Assembly (NCBI GenBank): GCA_013239625.1
Contig: MU053559.1
Coordinates: forward strand, 3,288,607-3,352,606
Direction: 5' to 3'
Source of the DNA: Lama guanicoe
Lineage: Eukaryota
Length of the DNA: 64,000 nucleotides
A program made the translations under genes and the position numbers. Position 1 is the stretch's first letter; every line of letters begins with the position of its first letter. The notes under the pieces are model-generated. The model was not told where the DNA came from. It ran no database searches and saw only the letters and a program-made list of their open reading frames with translations. Of the stretch, positions 24,291-38,300 are shown piece by piece.

Positions 24291-25570
24291 GGGTAGGAAT
24301 ACGATATCCCACAGAGGAGATGGAAACGACTGTGGGAAAGGCTCCCCGCCCCACCCTGAGAGGCATGGCCTTCCTTCCCTTGTTCTGGTTGTACCTGCTG
24401 CCACCACGCTGGTGACTTCAGCCTGCAAGACGCTTAGGCATGAAGTCGCTGCAACCACGGCTAGTCACTGTTGCTGCGCATCAGGGCACACTGGACCCTG
24501 GAAGTGACCATTGTGTGGCTTAGGAGGGACTGTGCTCCAGCACCTGCCAGAGAAGCTCCCTCCTGCCTGGAGTGGAGAACACAGCCCCTGAAGTAACAGG
24601 GAAGTTGGGTTTGTGACTGACAACCAGCTTCCTTATTTTGTTTTGTCTTAACTGATTCCTGCTCATTTTTCCTTTATTTTTTATAGAAATGTCAGACTCT
24701 TAATAGACGAGCATATTTACCTTATTTTTGATTTAGGGCCAATTAGGCTTTATAGATGAAGCTATCAGCATGTGTATTTCTGGTATTCCTTTTAAAACTG
24801 CTATTTTTAGGTCTGATGTTCTGTGGTTGCACACGAGAATTCATTACATAACTTTAAGCACAGGGTGTTTAAAACAAGGAGCCAGGAACAAGTTCTCATT
24901 CTATTATCTGGACTGAAAATGATTTCTCACTGACATTGCAAAGTTTAATAGTTCCAGCCACTGACAAAATGTAGTCAGGTCGATTGCCTAGGTTGTGTCT
25001 GTGACATCCGATTCAGACAAGTGACTTAATTCTCATTTCAGTGCTGTCCTTTCCCAAGCTCAGAATTCTTCATAGAAGACCAAAACAAATCAAAAAATAG
25101 GCCAGGATGATAAAATGGAAGAAATTTTTCTTCTTCGTATTCTGACAAGGAAGTAAATCATTGTATTTATTGGTGGACTTATATTTTGTCCTTTCCCGAG
25201 TTCTTTCCTGGCATAACAGGTCAATTGAACATAAGCCAAACAGTCTACGCTGGGGCTTGTGTGTGATTAAGCGGTCCTAGGGAAGGGCCTCTGGAAGGTT
25301 GTGCAGATTGTGAGCTGCACAACTCGGGACACCAAGCATGGAGAGGCCTTTTGGAGTCCCTCCATCGGTGGTTGGGATACTGGGACAAGGCTCCCAGCTT
25401 TTTCTCTGCTACTTAGTCTCTTCTTTCCCTACCAACCCCCCAACCACAAATATGGCGTCTTGGTCTCCAAATCAAAAGCTTGTCTCCTTCCCTCCCTCTT
25501 TCTTGTTGATTTGGCCACATTTATTGAAGACAGGCATGATTGGATCCCTCCTTTCCTTAACTGACCCCCC

Positions 25571-25571
<1 letters not shown>

Positions 25572-25606
<35 letters not shown>

Positions 25607-25616
25607 TACACATACA
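25572..25616. repeat. (CA)n microsatellite
   Basis: Directly visible. Confidence 0.97.
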
Positions 25617-26646
25617 CCCCATCTGTGACAGAGAGCCTGTGGAATATGGTTAAGTACAGCCCCACACCAAAGCCCAGATTGCTCTAGAAACCTCTTTGTA
25701 AGGGTGCACAAACAGAGAGAAACTAAATCGCTCGGTGTAGGAGAATCCATGCAGATTCCAAAAGTGATTTATTGCATGAGAAATTGATTTTGTTTATTTG
25801 TTTTTAGAACTTAGTTATGGTCACAACCAGATGTATGCTGGTCTCAGGAAGAGCAGGCCATTTTGAACAGCAAACAGACCAAAACAAGGAAAGAGTTGCA
25901 TTAAAATGTACAAAACACATATTTTCTGAATTAAAAGTTAAACAGGAGGCACTAATGGGAGACTGGACACTGTAGAAAACTCTGTAATAAGCCAAAGAAC
26001 TATCTTTAGAAACACCCTCAAACAAAGCAAAATAAGAAAGAGATTAAAATGTTGAGAAGGAAGACAGCAGAAATGCAGGTGGAGAGGGAATTGGACAAAC
26101 GGGACTGAAGTTATCATCAGTGGTCATTTTTAAAGAAAAGTCCTTTTCTAAGCAAAAAAAAAGATATGTTGGAAATTGAAAGATTTCACTCTGTTCCAAG
26201 CAAAAAATGAAAAGGGATCATTAGATATACCTTGGCAAAAATGTAAAGGTCATATATAAGGAAAGAATCTTATAAGGAGCATCAAAGCAAAGCATACACA
26301 AAATAAAGCTTAAAAACACCACTGCCACCAGCAGAACCAATGACCTAAAAACCAAAACGATGAGGCAATGCAAGGAGACAGTGGAGTAAATCCTCAGTGC
26401 TTTGAGGGTAAACAAATTGGGAACAGCTGTTTTTTGTACATGGCGACAATAGAAATGTTTTTAAATCTTCAAGAAAACAAACTATAATATAGTTTCTTTA
26501 CTAAAGTTTCTTTAATAAATTACTTAAAGTAAAATATTACTTTAATAAATTACTCCAGAACATGAAGAGAAAATCAAAATGAAGAACTCAAGTAGTACAC
26601 CTTATCTCGAAAAATTGAAACAGCATTGAACATAAAAACAGGTTTT

Positions 26647-26663
26647 ACACACACATACACACA

Positions 26664-26700
<37 letters not shown>
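26647..26700. repeat. Interrupted (CA)n microsatellite
   Basis: Directly visible. Confidence 0.97.
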
Positions 26701-27376
26701 CTACACGGTTATACATCTAAATGCAAAGATAAAACATTATTTCAAGAGGTGAATGATAGTTAGAAAAATTAAAAAGGAAGATAATATGGTCTATACCAGA
26801 GATAAGATAGCCAAATAGAGAGAGTGGGGAAACTAAAGGCTAAATTCCTCACATTTCATCTTGAGAGTAAAATCATATTTCATCCTTATCTTTGAAAATT
26901 GGGTAGATGTAAGTTTAAAATATTTTAGGGCATTTTCAACTTAACCAAGATAGAATTCCAAATAGAATTGCAGAATTGAATAATCATTTCACAGTGTATA
27001 TGGATGTCAAATAATCACGTTGTACAGTTTTGTCATTTATATGTCGATAAGGCTGGGTAAAAAGAAGAAATTCTGGGGAGTGGAACTACAGCTTGGGGTG
27101 GTGAGGAGACTCATGGCATAACTTTTTATGCTTTTTGAATTTGTACCATGATGCATTCATTTTATAATTTTAAAACCTATTATTAAGAAAAATAAATAAA
27201 TACAAGCATAGAACATAGTGTTCCTTTTTAGAAAAAAAATTGCTAAACCTAAGAGCAAACCTAATATAGTCTTTATTGTAAAAGACAAGTAGCAATAGAA
27301 GATAATTACAGCAATACATGAAAAACTGAAAACACACGGCAAGAAGATGGGGGGAAAGTCCTAGGAGAAATCTTTT

Positions 27377-28072
27377 CATTTATTTTTTAAATTTATCTTA
27401 TTTTATTTTATTTTTATTGAAGTATAGTCAGTTTACAAGGTTGTGTCAATTTCTGGTGTGCAGCATAATGCTTCAGTCATCCATGAACATACATATATTC
27501 ATTTTCATATTCTTTTTCACCATAAGTTACTACAAGATATTAAATATAGTTCCTTGTTCTATGCAGTATAAACTTGTTGTTTATCTATTTTATATATAGT
27601 AGTTAGTATCTGCAAATCTCAAACTCCCAGTTTATCCCTTCCCACCCCCTTCCCCTACCAGTAACCGTAAGTTTGTTTTCTATGTCTGTGAGTCTGTTTC
27701 TGTTTTTTAAATAAGTTCATTTGTGTTATTTCTTTAGATTCCACATATAAGTGATACCATATGGTATTTTTATTTCTCTTTCTGGCTTACTTCACTTAGA
27801 ATGACAATTTCCAGATCCATCCATATTGCTGCAAATGGCATTATTTTATTATTTTTTATGGCTGATTAATATTCCATTGTATAAATATATCACAGCTTCT
27901 TTATCCAGTCATCTGTTGGTGGACATTTAGGTTGTTTCCATGTCTTGGCTATTGTAAATAGTGCTGCTGTGAACACTGGGGTGCATGTATCTTTTCAAAT
28001 TAGAATTTTCTCCAGATAATATGCCCAGGAGTGGGATTGCTGGATCATAAGGTAACTCTATGTGTAGTTTTT
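27377..28072 (-). mobile_element. 5'-truncated L1 3' end (~700 nt)
   Basis: Same 3'UTR family as 1500-1803 and 13175-13647, extending into the ORF2 end. Confidence 0.9.
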
Positions 28073-29194
28073 TAAAAAAAAAAATCTCTTAGAAGTCCTG
28101 ACCATAAATGTGAACTTCCTGATTGCCCCTGGAGCCATTTGGCACATTCCATCTTCTTGAGGTTGGCATATGCTCACCTCTCTTTTACTTTCCCATTTAA
28201 TTCCTTGAGCTCCCATGGGCCATGTTATCAGGAATTCCTCTTGAGGAATGATCAGTATATTCTTCCGGAGACCTCTTCACATCCCCTTCCTCCTTAGTTG
28301 TCCAGGAACTCCAGGAAGGTATCTTTGACCAAGGAGGGTCAGACCACTGTCAAACACCACGGCTGTGGCTCCTTGCTGTCACAAGTCTGCCCACAGGAGA
28401 CTGGTTCTGCCAGGCTGATGGATGCCACCAGGATGACTTAGCTGGGCAGAAGATCACCAGCGAGGTTTTGCTGTTTTAAGTTAGGAGAGACATGAACATG
28501 TCTATAATCTGTAGCGAAAGGATCAGTTAGGGACCAGAAATTGAAGACATAGATGACAGACTGGACAACTGATGGATCAGTGGGCAGTTAAAGATGAGAA
28601 ACAGTTAAGTATGGGTCAAGTCCTAGTTACGCCTTTTCCCATTCTCCACAATGGAGGTTTCAAACTTTCTCACTTTTAAGTTCCCAACCTCACCATTTTC
28701 CTCCCACCCATCGCAGAAAATTTCACCTCCAGGTTAAGAGAGAGTATTAAAGTCGTAAAATGCAAACCTCCCCCATACCCCTGCATCCACAACTTTGCGT
28801 TCCTCCTTTCTCATCTCAGTAGAAAAGGTGTCCCCTCTGCTGTCCAAAGCTAGCTTCCATGATAGCCCTGTCTCCAAGACGTTGAACAAGGGACCCGGGG
28901 CCTATCCTCAGCCAGGCACATCCAACCCTAATTGATGCCTCTCAGCTCATCCTCTTGCCCTGTTTCCTCTGCCCCAGCAGCCCTCACTGGCATACCTGCA
29001 CTCACATTGCTTCCTGAGTGTCTGACATCCAGCTCTCTGTCCATAGTGCTCTCTTGCTTGACACCCTTCAAGAGATTCCCTTCACCTGTGGAAGAAAACC
29101 TAGATGTCCCGTGTGTGCCTTTCATGACTGGGCTCCACCTGCGGCTCTCTAACTTGTCTCTTGCTTCACTTCCCTATGTTCTAGTCATCCTAAG

Positions 29195-29415
29195 AATCCT
29201 GACCATCTGGGTACAATTCTTGGCTCCACCACTTCTGGCTGGGAGCCCTTGGGCAATTTGCTGGAGCTTTCTGGGCCTTAGTTCCTCATCTGTAAAATGG
29301 GAATAATCAAAGTTCCTACCCGAAGGGTTGTTGTGGAATTGAATGAGTCCATGCATGGGGAGCAGTTAGATCAATGTCTGACAGGCACCAAGCACTTGGT
29401 CAGTGGTGTTATTAA
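29195..29415 (+). mobile_element. MIR SINE
   Basis: gccttagttcctcatctgtaaaatgggaataat...gggttgttgtgg. Confidence 0.85.
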
Positions 29416-31221
29416 TACTTTGTGTAGCTCCTAAGGTGTACCATCCACTTGTTCTCCTTGTATCTCTAAGGATATGGCTGTTTCTCCCATTCCTCCCAAC
29501 CTCCTTCTCCTCCCCACCCTACTTTTCTGACTAGCAGATTGTCTTTCGTCTTCAAGGTTTGCTCCATTACCACCTCTGCTATGGAGCCTTCCTGGATTTT
29601 CCCCTTCATGTGTATACATGCCAGACTAGATGAAGGCTACTTTCTCGGAGCTGGCCGTATCTTTGTTACAGCCCTTCTTATCCACATTCTCTATATTTAG
29701 AAATGTGTTCCTTTTATAATGGAATTAAGCCAATTAATTTTATATTTTAAGGTGTGTGTTCAGAAAGAATTAAGAATCTGATTATATTTTGTTTGATGTG
29801 TTTTGATATGAGTAAGTCTTGAATTACAAAATTGATTTTAAGTCCAGAAGAGCACAGTCTGGTCTTGTGTTCAGCCAGTTGTGTGACCAGTGGGCTTATA
29901 TGAGGTCGCCCTCCATGTAAGGCTCCCCGATTATCACAGGGTTTAGCATGGCCTCTAAAACGTCTGGCAACCAGTGAGAGAGTTAAAAACAAAAAGCCAA
30001 ACAAATGAGGTTTGCTTGGAGACAGATAATCCCTGAACACAGGATGGGTGTTAATGAAAAGGACGGTGGTAGAAAATGAATGACTTCGCTTGTAAGTGAA
30101 ATGAATATTCATTCCTTTCTGCCCACATTGCAAGTTTTAAGCACCATCGCTCAGACTTCCATTTGCTGCTACCAGAAAAACTTGACATGATGTAAAACAC
30201 CAAAAAAAAAAACCCACAAAAAAAACACTGTTGTCTTATCTTGTTTAAATGCATATTGTACCAAATTGTAGAATTATAGATAAGCATTTCAAAAGGTTCT
30301 AAAATTGTACCTCTATGAAAAATATTGTTGATAATATATAGCAATTACTCTTAACTGCATGAGAATATCACATTTCATTCGGCTATACTTAAAGGGCCCC
30401 AAAGTCAAGTACACGAAGACATACTGAATTTCAAACTAAATAAATCAGAATTATCATGTATATCCCACTACATGTCAAAACAGGAAAAGCCATAGCATTT
30501 AATTTGAAATGAAGATTAGAGCAGTAAGAGAGAAAACTAGATGCTGCTTACATTTATTTGGAGTTAGAAAACAGGGTCAGTGATTTTCAATGGAAATGGA
30601 CTTCCGTTTGAGAAAATATGTCAAAAAAATCAATTTACAAAGTGGAGAAATTTGGCAGTAATTATTATACTGTCAAAAGATTCTTTAGTTTCCAAAGGAC
30701 TTATTTCAGAGTTCAGGGTGCTTGTTTGTCATTAACAGCTTGACAGAAATTAGAGAGATTTAAAGCTAAGGTGTTAAGTGCCATTGCCAATGAAAAATGA
30801 CCAAAATGAAGGTAGAGTATCTTTATATATAATAGAGACTGAAAGGGGGCATCTCACTTGAATTTGAACAATTAAGCATTTGTCCAGCTTCTCAAGTATA
30901 TCCATTATATAAAGGAAGGCACACCTGGAGTTTATTACTTTATGACTTCAGACTTAATCCTGAATTTGACTATTCAAAGTAAGTGTACCATTTCCCGTTT
31001 ACATTCTGCAATAAATTCTATGATTTCAATCATCAGAGACATTTCACATTTTTCCAAGATAAACTTGCTTCAAGGAAGAAACTCTTCCAGTTTAATACAA
31101 AATGAAACTACCTCCATTGTGGGATGGTGAGAATAATAAAAATTGCTCTTGTTTATGAACATTCATAGTTCCAGGCACTATGCTAAATGCTTTTCATACC
31201 TTACTAACTGAACTCTCATTT

Positions 31222-31860
31222 GTTATTTATTCAGAAAACTATTTATTACAGCATGTGTACTGTGTGCCAGGGGCCCTTTAAGGTGTTGGGGATTCAACAA
31301 TGAACAAAGTAGACCAATAGCCCTGCCCTTTGTGGAACTTACGTTCTAGTGGAGGATTAAAGATAATAATACAGAGGGGAGAGTATAGCTCAGTGGTAGA
31401 GCACATGCTTAGCATGCACAAGGTCCTGGGTTCAATCCCCAGTACCGCCATTAAATAAATAAATGGATAAATAGATAGATGAATAAACCTAATTACCTGC
31501 CCCCTCCCCCCAAAAACCAATAAATAAAATGAATACCACTAAAAAGAAGACAATATACAGAATAAGAAAATAAAAGATACACTACATTGGCATATGATGA
31601 ATGCCACTGAGGCAAAGAAAGCAGAGAAGAGGTTAGGGAATGATGCCAGGCTCATAGGAGGAGGGGTCACACTTTTAAAAAGGATGGTCAGAGAAGGCTT
31701 CATGGAGAAAACGATACCCTAGCAGAAGAGAAGATGCGCTACAGGAGATGAAGGACCAAACTGTGTAATCATCTTAGGGAAGAGCATTCCGGGCAGAGGT
31801 AACAGCAAGTGCAAAGGCCCTGAAATTGTTTGAGGAAGAGCAGGGAGCATGGTATGGGAG
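31222..31860 (-). mobile_element. L2 3' remnant interrupted by a SINE
   Basis: ctgtgtgccagg...ccctgccctttgtggaacttacgttctagtgg...gggaagagcattccgggcagaggtaacagcaagtgcaaaggccctga. Confidence 0.8.
31376..31546 (+). mobile_element. tRNA-Ala-derived SINE (Vic-1-type)
   Basis: A and B boxes plus Ala-type arm. TSD-like aagataataatacaga / aagacaatatacaga. Confidence 0.9.
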
Positions 31861-33164
31861 AAGGAAACTGCACTGACTGCTTCTTGGGGGTGATGAAAAT
31901 ATTCTGGAACAGATAGAGGTGGTGGTTGCATAACAAGGTAAATGCACTAAATGCTAGTGATGGTAAATTTTATGTTAAGTGGATTTCCCCACAGTGAAAC
32001 GAGATGGAATGTGCTGCTTTTGAAAAGATTCCCCATTCTTGGGGAAGCCCATTAAAGTCTGACAGAGTGGAGTGGGTCCTGAAGAAAGGACCCGTGGCAA
32101 ACACGGAGCAAAGTGGTGGCCGCCACTTGAGGTGTGCAGGACAAGGCTTGCACTGCCCAGTTGGGCTCCTCGGTGCCAGGTCCTACCTGGTGTGGGTGCA
32201 GTGGCCAGCCCGGCAGCCGCTTTGGGGCCCCTGGTGTCCTGCATGACTGAGGGCAGCTTGTTTGGAATGCCCACAGAAAGCCATGGAAGGTGGTGGAATA
32301 CTGAGCTGTTTAAAACCCAAGCACACAGAAACCCAGCAGATATAAACTTTAACTGCAGTGAGGTCAGGATCATTTCAGTTTATCCAGTGAAAAGGACAAT
32401 AAACTTTTATGACCCTGTGGGGCTAGAGTAACTTTAGTTAGAGGTGCGTGGAAAGTTTCTAGTTCTTGCTGCACATGCGCTTTTCCCTTGTCCTTCAGAA
32501 CGTGCCACTTTTTCTTCACGCCATTTTCTACCCTCAAAAGGGAAGAGACTTCACGTGTTGGGTTTGGTTTTTTTTTAACTGACGATGGAGGTCATATTTG
32601 ATTATTACAAAAATTTAGAAAAAGGCATTTTATATATATGTAAAACAATCGTTTTTATACATATATATAAAGAAACCTCATCAATCAGGGATAACGCTAT
32701 AGATGTTTTGATGTGTATCCTTCCAGGCTTTTTTTTCCTTCTGCAAATACATATATACCAGTATCTTTAGTTTCACTCTGGTCATACAACATTTATCAGC
32801 ATAGCACTGACATCCTTCATACCAATAAATACCAATCAACAGCCTATTTCTCATGGTTGTGTCATGTTCAATTTTATGCACGTGTCATGGCTGATCAGTC
32901 CATGACCAGTGTTCACAGTGAGCCAAGGGCTTTCCTTGGAGTGGTTCCTTCATGGTCACTTAGCCCTCTGTCTGTGACTCAGGATTTCTGAAATTACTCT
33001 CTCTTACTTATTAAGGCAGGTCAGTGATAGCCCTTAAGGCAGAGGTCACGAATGGTAAAGGGAATAGAGGTCTGTAAAAAATCAGCTCAAAACCCACTGC
33101 CTTTAGCTTTCCCTAAGCCCTGCTCCATCTGCTCACTCTGTCTCCTGTGTCCCAACAGAAGAGG

Positions 33165-33398
33165 GATAGCATAGTAGGCGGAGCATGGGCTTTAGAGCCG
33201 ACTGCAGGGGTTTGCATGCTGACTTCATGATATTGGACGTATTCCTTAACATTTTTGCCTCTGTGTTCTCATCTGCAAAATGGGGGTAATAGTATCTGCC
33301 TTTTGGACCAGATGAGATGATCAATGCCAGAAGGACCTGGCAACACAGGACCTGGCACATAGCTAGTACTCAACAGGTGGCGAGGGTTATTATTACTA
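33165..33398 (+). mobile_element. MIR SINE
   Basis: gagcatgggctttagag...ttctcatctgcaaaatggggg...cctggcacatag. Confidence 0.8.
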
Positions 33399-34599
33399 CT
33401 CTGTTGATTCAAGTGGCCCTCCCCAGTTTGTGGCTAGAGAGCTCATCTGGATGCTTGGACAGCCCAAACACTCTGATTACAGACTGAAAAGTTCAGATGC
33501 CAAAGTGAGTGCAGTGTTTTCCATACAGTGAGCCCCCAGCCAATGTTACTGTGATTGATCATCTAACCCAAACTGACTTGCTACAATTGTGGAGTCCTCT
33601 TAGTTGAATTTGGCTTTCATTTCCCATCAAAAAAGCAAAAGCAAAACAAAATGAAACAAAAACCGGAGGCCTTAGTACGTGGATACAGGTGAAATGCAGC
33701 TTTTTCAGACAGGTCAGCGTCATAGCTGTGGGTTAGCCTATGCTCTATCTAAGAATATTCTTACTAGAAGAACCCAGATCTCTCAAATGATAGTGAAAAT
33801 GACGAGAGATCTCTAAAAGAACCAAAAACCATTATTCTAAAAGACCCATCTATGGCAGAAGAACAAATAAAATCTTGTATTCCCTCATTTATTTGGGATT
33901 CTTGGGAATTGAATTTTTTCTGGTAAGTAGATTTTCTAGATGGTGGAAGCTTGTTCATTTAACCACCATAACAGCTTGCAGCTTTACCATTTTGATGTAA
34001 TTCTTTCTAATACGTGTTGCATGGTTTATAGCTTTCATATCTTTCATATAGAGAATATGTTGAAAACATTTCAGCCATGTGCCTTCTAAAGACTCAGACG
34101 ACTGCACTTTTACACAGCTCTTTTCACGTTTTTCTCACTGGTAGGGTGTGTCAGTTTTTACTTTTCACTACAGAAATGTGCACAATTGCTTTCCCCATCT
34201 CTAAAACACCCTTCTAACTTACTGATTTATGAGTTTTATACCCTGGGAAACCAGAACCCCAAGCCTGTTACTATTTTGTGTAAAGTAAGATTAATAGACA
34301 TTGAATGAAATCATGTATTAAATCACAGGATTTTTGACCATTCAAGGACTTTAAGAATTTACTTCCTAGTTGTTGGCTGTTATCTGGTAGAAGTTTGTCT
34401 CTGGGCAAAATGCCATTTTATTTATAAGCTATAGTGCTTATGGTTTTCCATTCTAGCACAAGTTAAGTGGAGAAATTAAAGAAAAATAATAATTTGTTCT
34501 GTATGCAGTTGGTAAAGTGGGATTTGGATATTTTTAATAGAAGGAAAGGTAAAATAGTCTTAGATATAATTTCATGAGTGTTTTCCATTTTCTTTACAG

Positions 34600-34791
34600 A
34601 GACATAATGATGACTCTAACTGTCGGGAGACTCACAGACCAAGAACTTATAACCATTGCACGTCACTACCAGGTGCCTGAGGACCCGTGTCCAGATATCC
34701 TAATGGCAGAGGTCCACGAGCAGCTCAAGAAAAATGGTTTTGAGAATTTCGAAAGACTCATTGCTACCTGTGTATACCAAGATCGGGAAAA
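34600..34791 (+). CDS. EFHC2: EFHC2 internal coding exon (192 nt, phase 2-2; about exon 12 in human numbering, from memory)
   Basis: Acceptor ttttccattttctttacag| and donor |gtaagc. Translates (R)DIMMTLTVGRLTDQELITIARHYQVPEDPCPDILMAEVHEQLKKNGFENFERLIATCVYQDRE(K), which I recognise as the EFHC2 C-terminal region. Splices in frame to the next exon. Confidence 0.93.
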
Positions 34792-36491
34792 GTAAGCATT
34801 TTATTTTATTGATGCTAATAAGTCATTTACGTTTCTGTGAACCAGTAATGAAGGAATTTGTATTTTATCAAAAAAGAGCAAGAAGAAAATAAGCGTGCCT
34901 CCTCATACTCCACTATTTTAGCAAAGCCACCTTAAATCATTTTTGGAGATTATCTGGGTGCGGATATTTCACAGTGATGGATGGTGAGCTCTCTTTGGTG
35001 ATGGAATAGGGGAGGCCCTGCATCTTCAAAAGAATAGGGTTGCCCCTTTCCACTTTCTTGTAATTGGTTTCTAGAAGCTTTATAATTGAAACACAGCAAA
35101 TCAGTGTTAGAAGGTTTAATTCTGAGATGTCTTTTTCTCACATTATTTTAGTGATAAGTGGGATTTGCAAATAAACTTTCTGTCGAATTTCTTTGCAGTG
35201 ATTTCTTCTTGAACATAATGAAGCTCAGCATAATGATAATCTATTTCTAGTACATTTACCATGGTTGTATTGAGCTTTATGGAGTCATTGTTACAAACAA
35301 GGAGCCCCATCTTAGTATGTTTTGGTATCCATCTTACCCTCAGGCCTGATATAGTGGGGGTTGGGGAGCAGGCTACTCACCTGCAGTGAGAAAGTCTTAG
35401 TTTCAACTCTAGCCTCTGATTTTGTTGCTACTCACCACTGCCATCTCTTTTCCTCATGACCCCTCCTTTTATCCGCAGTCCTAAAGTCTGCACCCAAGCA
35501 GCCACCTGCATACCTTAAACATCTTTGAAGTTCCCATAGTTTATCTTAATAGTGAACATGTTTTTTTTTCCTTGCTAATCCATAATACACCCTTGTTGAG
35601 TTTTTTTTTTTTAAATAAAGGTGGTATTTTTCCTTGAATCCTTAAGCTTCTCTGAGCCTCCTGAGGCCCAGGCGTTGCATGACCCTGGCCCTGCCTTCCA
35701 CCCTGATGATACCCCTGCCCTGGGTGAGAAGTGTGACCCTCCTTCACTAAAGGAACACCTCTTGGGAATAATGGGGCTACTTGATCAGACAACTCTGAGG
35801 TCCTTCCAGATCCAACAAGCTCTGGTTCTAGACAGAAACATTCTTTTATCATTTTATAATCTCCAAAGAAAGAAACCCACTTTCTTTCCTGATGGTTCTA
35901 ATTTTGCCTGAGGCCTGGAAGAACACTGGCTGAGAGACGACATTGGACGAGTATTTCTGTGCCCCCAGCAGGCTGGGGAAAATGACTGTTGGGCGGCTCT
36001 GGAGAAACCATCTGACAAAATTGAGGTGAATGTTAGGGCCCCAGTGGGGGCTTCTAGGTTATAAGATTTGGGTCCAAGGAAAAGATTAGAAAAACACCCT
36101 CAAGTCATATAATTCTTGTGTTGGAGCCCCTAGATGCCTGTCAAATTAAGAGATGTTTTCAAATATCAGAACCATTTTGACCAGTGGTCAAGAATGCAGA
36201 TCGATTACTTAGAGCAACACTAGTGGCTTCAGCCTTAATAGGCTGTGCTGTCACCAACCAAGAATCTCAGTCTTGATGGAGAGGCCTTTGTAAGGACAGA
36301 ATCTGGTGGCTGCTGAAATGGACAAAAGTTGGCAAAATGCAGAATGACCGTTTTTCCTTGCTGTGACTCCAGTACCATGTCCACGTTTTTAGGACACATC
36401 TGTACTTTCTTTCCTGTAGCATTTCTTTCCTGTAATTGTAACTCGAGACACACAAAGGATATAAAAGCCCATTTACTTTGTTTTAATGCAG

Positions 36492-36584
36492 GAAAAAAGT
36501 ATTACCCAGCAAAGACATCAGAAGGCTGTGCAAGTCCGCCAGGTTACCTTTGGATGATGGTCTTCTAGCATCCTTGCTGTCCAG
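36492..36584 (+). CDS. EFHC2: EFHC2 internal coding exon (93 nt, phase 2-2)
   Basis: Acceptor tttactttgttttaatgcag| and donor |gtaagc. Translates (K)KKVLPSKDIRRLCKSARLPLDDGLLASLLS(R), in frame with both neighbours. This frame is absent from the ORF track. Confidence 0.93.
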
Positions 36585-37489
36585 GTAAGCCAGAATTGCA
36601 CCCTCATGGGCACTGTGGTGCATGGCTCTGTTTCGGGGACTGTTCCTGGTTTTACATCTACCTTTAAGTGCCCTTGATTGACCTTTATTGTTTTGATTAT
36701 ATTATTGATGACACCTCCATTTAAGTGATACAAAAGCAAAAGTTAGTCATGATTTTGAATGTTAGCTAGAGAGCCTATTATGAATTATTATTTTGTCTTT
36801 TCAACATTAAGATACACTGATATGCACATAGATTCCTGGGACAAAATGAAAATGTACAGCTTCCTTGGTTATGAGAATATGATGTAAAATTTGGGACAGA
36901 TTTTTCCAAGCGCTAGTTCCCAATGGCTAGAGACATGCAGTAAGAGGACCTAGCAGTGTTATCAGCACAGAGCTCCATCCTGCTAGAGCACTGCATGTAA
37001 AATGTAGAGATGATGATGTTGCAAAAGGAAAGCGCAGTGAGCTGCTTTCTAAAACACCTCACTTCTTGTATTGAACTGGACTTTTGACTTCCTGGCAGCA
37101 CCCCCTCCCCTCCTACGCCACCCAGACTCCGGTCATCTTTTATGCTTCCCAGGGCACGACTCCAGCGCCTCTTTTAACTTACTTATCTTGATAATTCTGA
37201 CATTTGGGGCTGTGTTCTAGGCATTGTTATCATGGCTTTGAATACATTACCTCATTTACTTTGTGAGAACAGCTTGGTGAGGTCAGAATTGTTATCCTCC
37301 TATCTTACATGAGATGGCTGAGGTTTAGAGAGAGAACATTTTGCCCAAAGTCACATAGTCTGGAAAAAGACAAGCTGTGACTTAACCCCTGGACCTTTCA
37401 AATGCACATCTTCTGCTACTAACCAGTTTGAATCATTGTCTACAAATAGCCAGCCGATTAGAATGTCCTGACATTTTTACTTCCTTCCT

Positions 37490-38300
37490 CCTGCTTGCAT
37501 CCACTCTCTCCCTTCCTTTCCCACTGTCTTCACTCTTGTTCTGACCCACCTTTCCTCTTGACTATTGCAAGGCCTCCCTTATTGGACTTTCTCCCACCAG
37601 TCTCTAAATTTTTAAATCCATCTTTACATACAGCAGCTGAGTACCTTCCAAGAGCAAAAATATCATAGTGTCACTCTTCTATTCACAAGCCTTCTGTACC
37701 ATTTCTTTGTTTTCTAAGGAATGACCAAACTCCTTAGCTTTGAGCCCCTTCACCATCGTGGGGCTTAGGTTTGTTATTGGAGCATTCTTCTCAAGCAGGG
37801 GCCAGAGTGGGGAGTCCTCACCTGAGATAAAAGGAGAAACCAAAGGAACAGATAAAACTAAATCCCATGTGGGAAAACTAGGGTTCCAGGTATCAGGAAG
37901 GCAGTGAAGAAGTGGCCAATCCAGTTGGATGTGTGTGTATGCATTGGATTGACCTGGAGTTATCTCCTAGCCTATCAGCTCTATTTACTTTGACCTGCCA
38001 GCAGCAGTGTGCAGGATAAATAGGCCATCCTGGTGTGAAGGACCTGAGATGAAATGGGCAGGCCTAGGAGTCAGGTTTGTCCACAGTTCTCACGTTCCCC
38101 AAGCTCCCCTTCCCGTTCCCGACAGTCCAGCCAGATGGGCCATTTAGCATTTCACATGTTTACCTCCTGCCTTCCCACTTTTTTGCCTTTTCTCTTGCTA
38201 TTTCTTCAGTAGGACATAGCTTCCAATTTTCTTCACCTGCCGAAAGCTTGCTCTTCGTTTAAGACCCATTTCAAATAGCACCATATCCATAAAGCCCACC
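37490..38300 (+). mobile_element. L2 remnants (interrupted)
   Basis: gactattgcaaggcctcc...tgtcactcttctattcacaagccttc...tttaagacccatttcaaatagcacc. Confidence 0.55.

Noticed and set aside
34574..34795. 73-aa ORF as a standalone gene
   Set aside because: It is the EFHC2 exon plus intronic flanks. The splice sites define the true limits.
36933..36998. Hairpin downstream of the 93-nt exon
   Set aside because: Only short 9-bp and 7-bp stems with a large asymmetric bulge, not distinguishable from chance.
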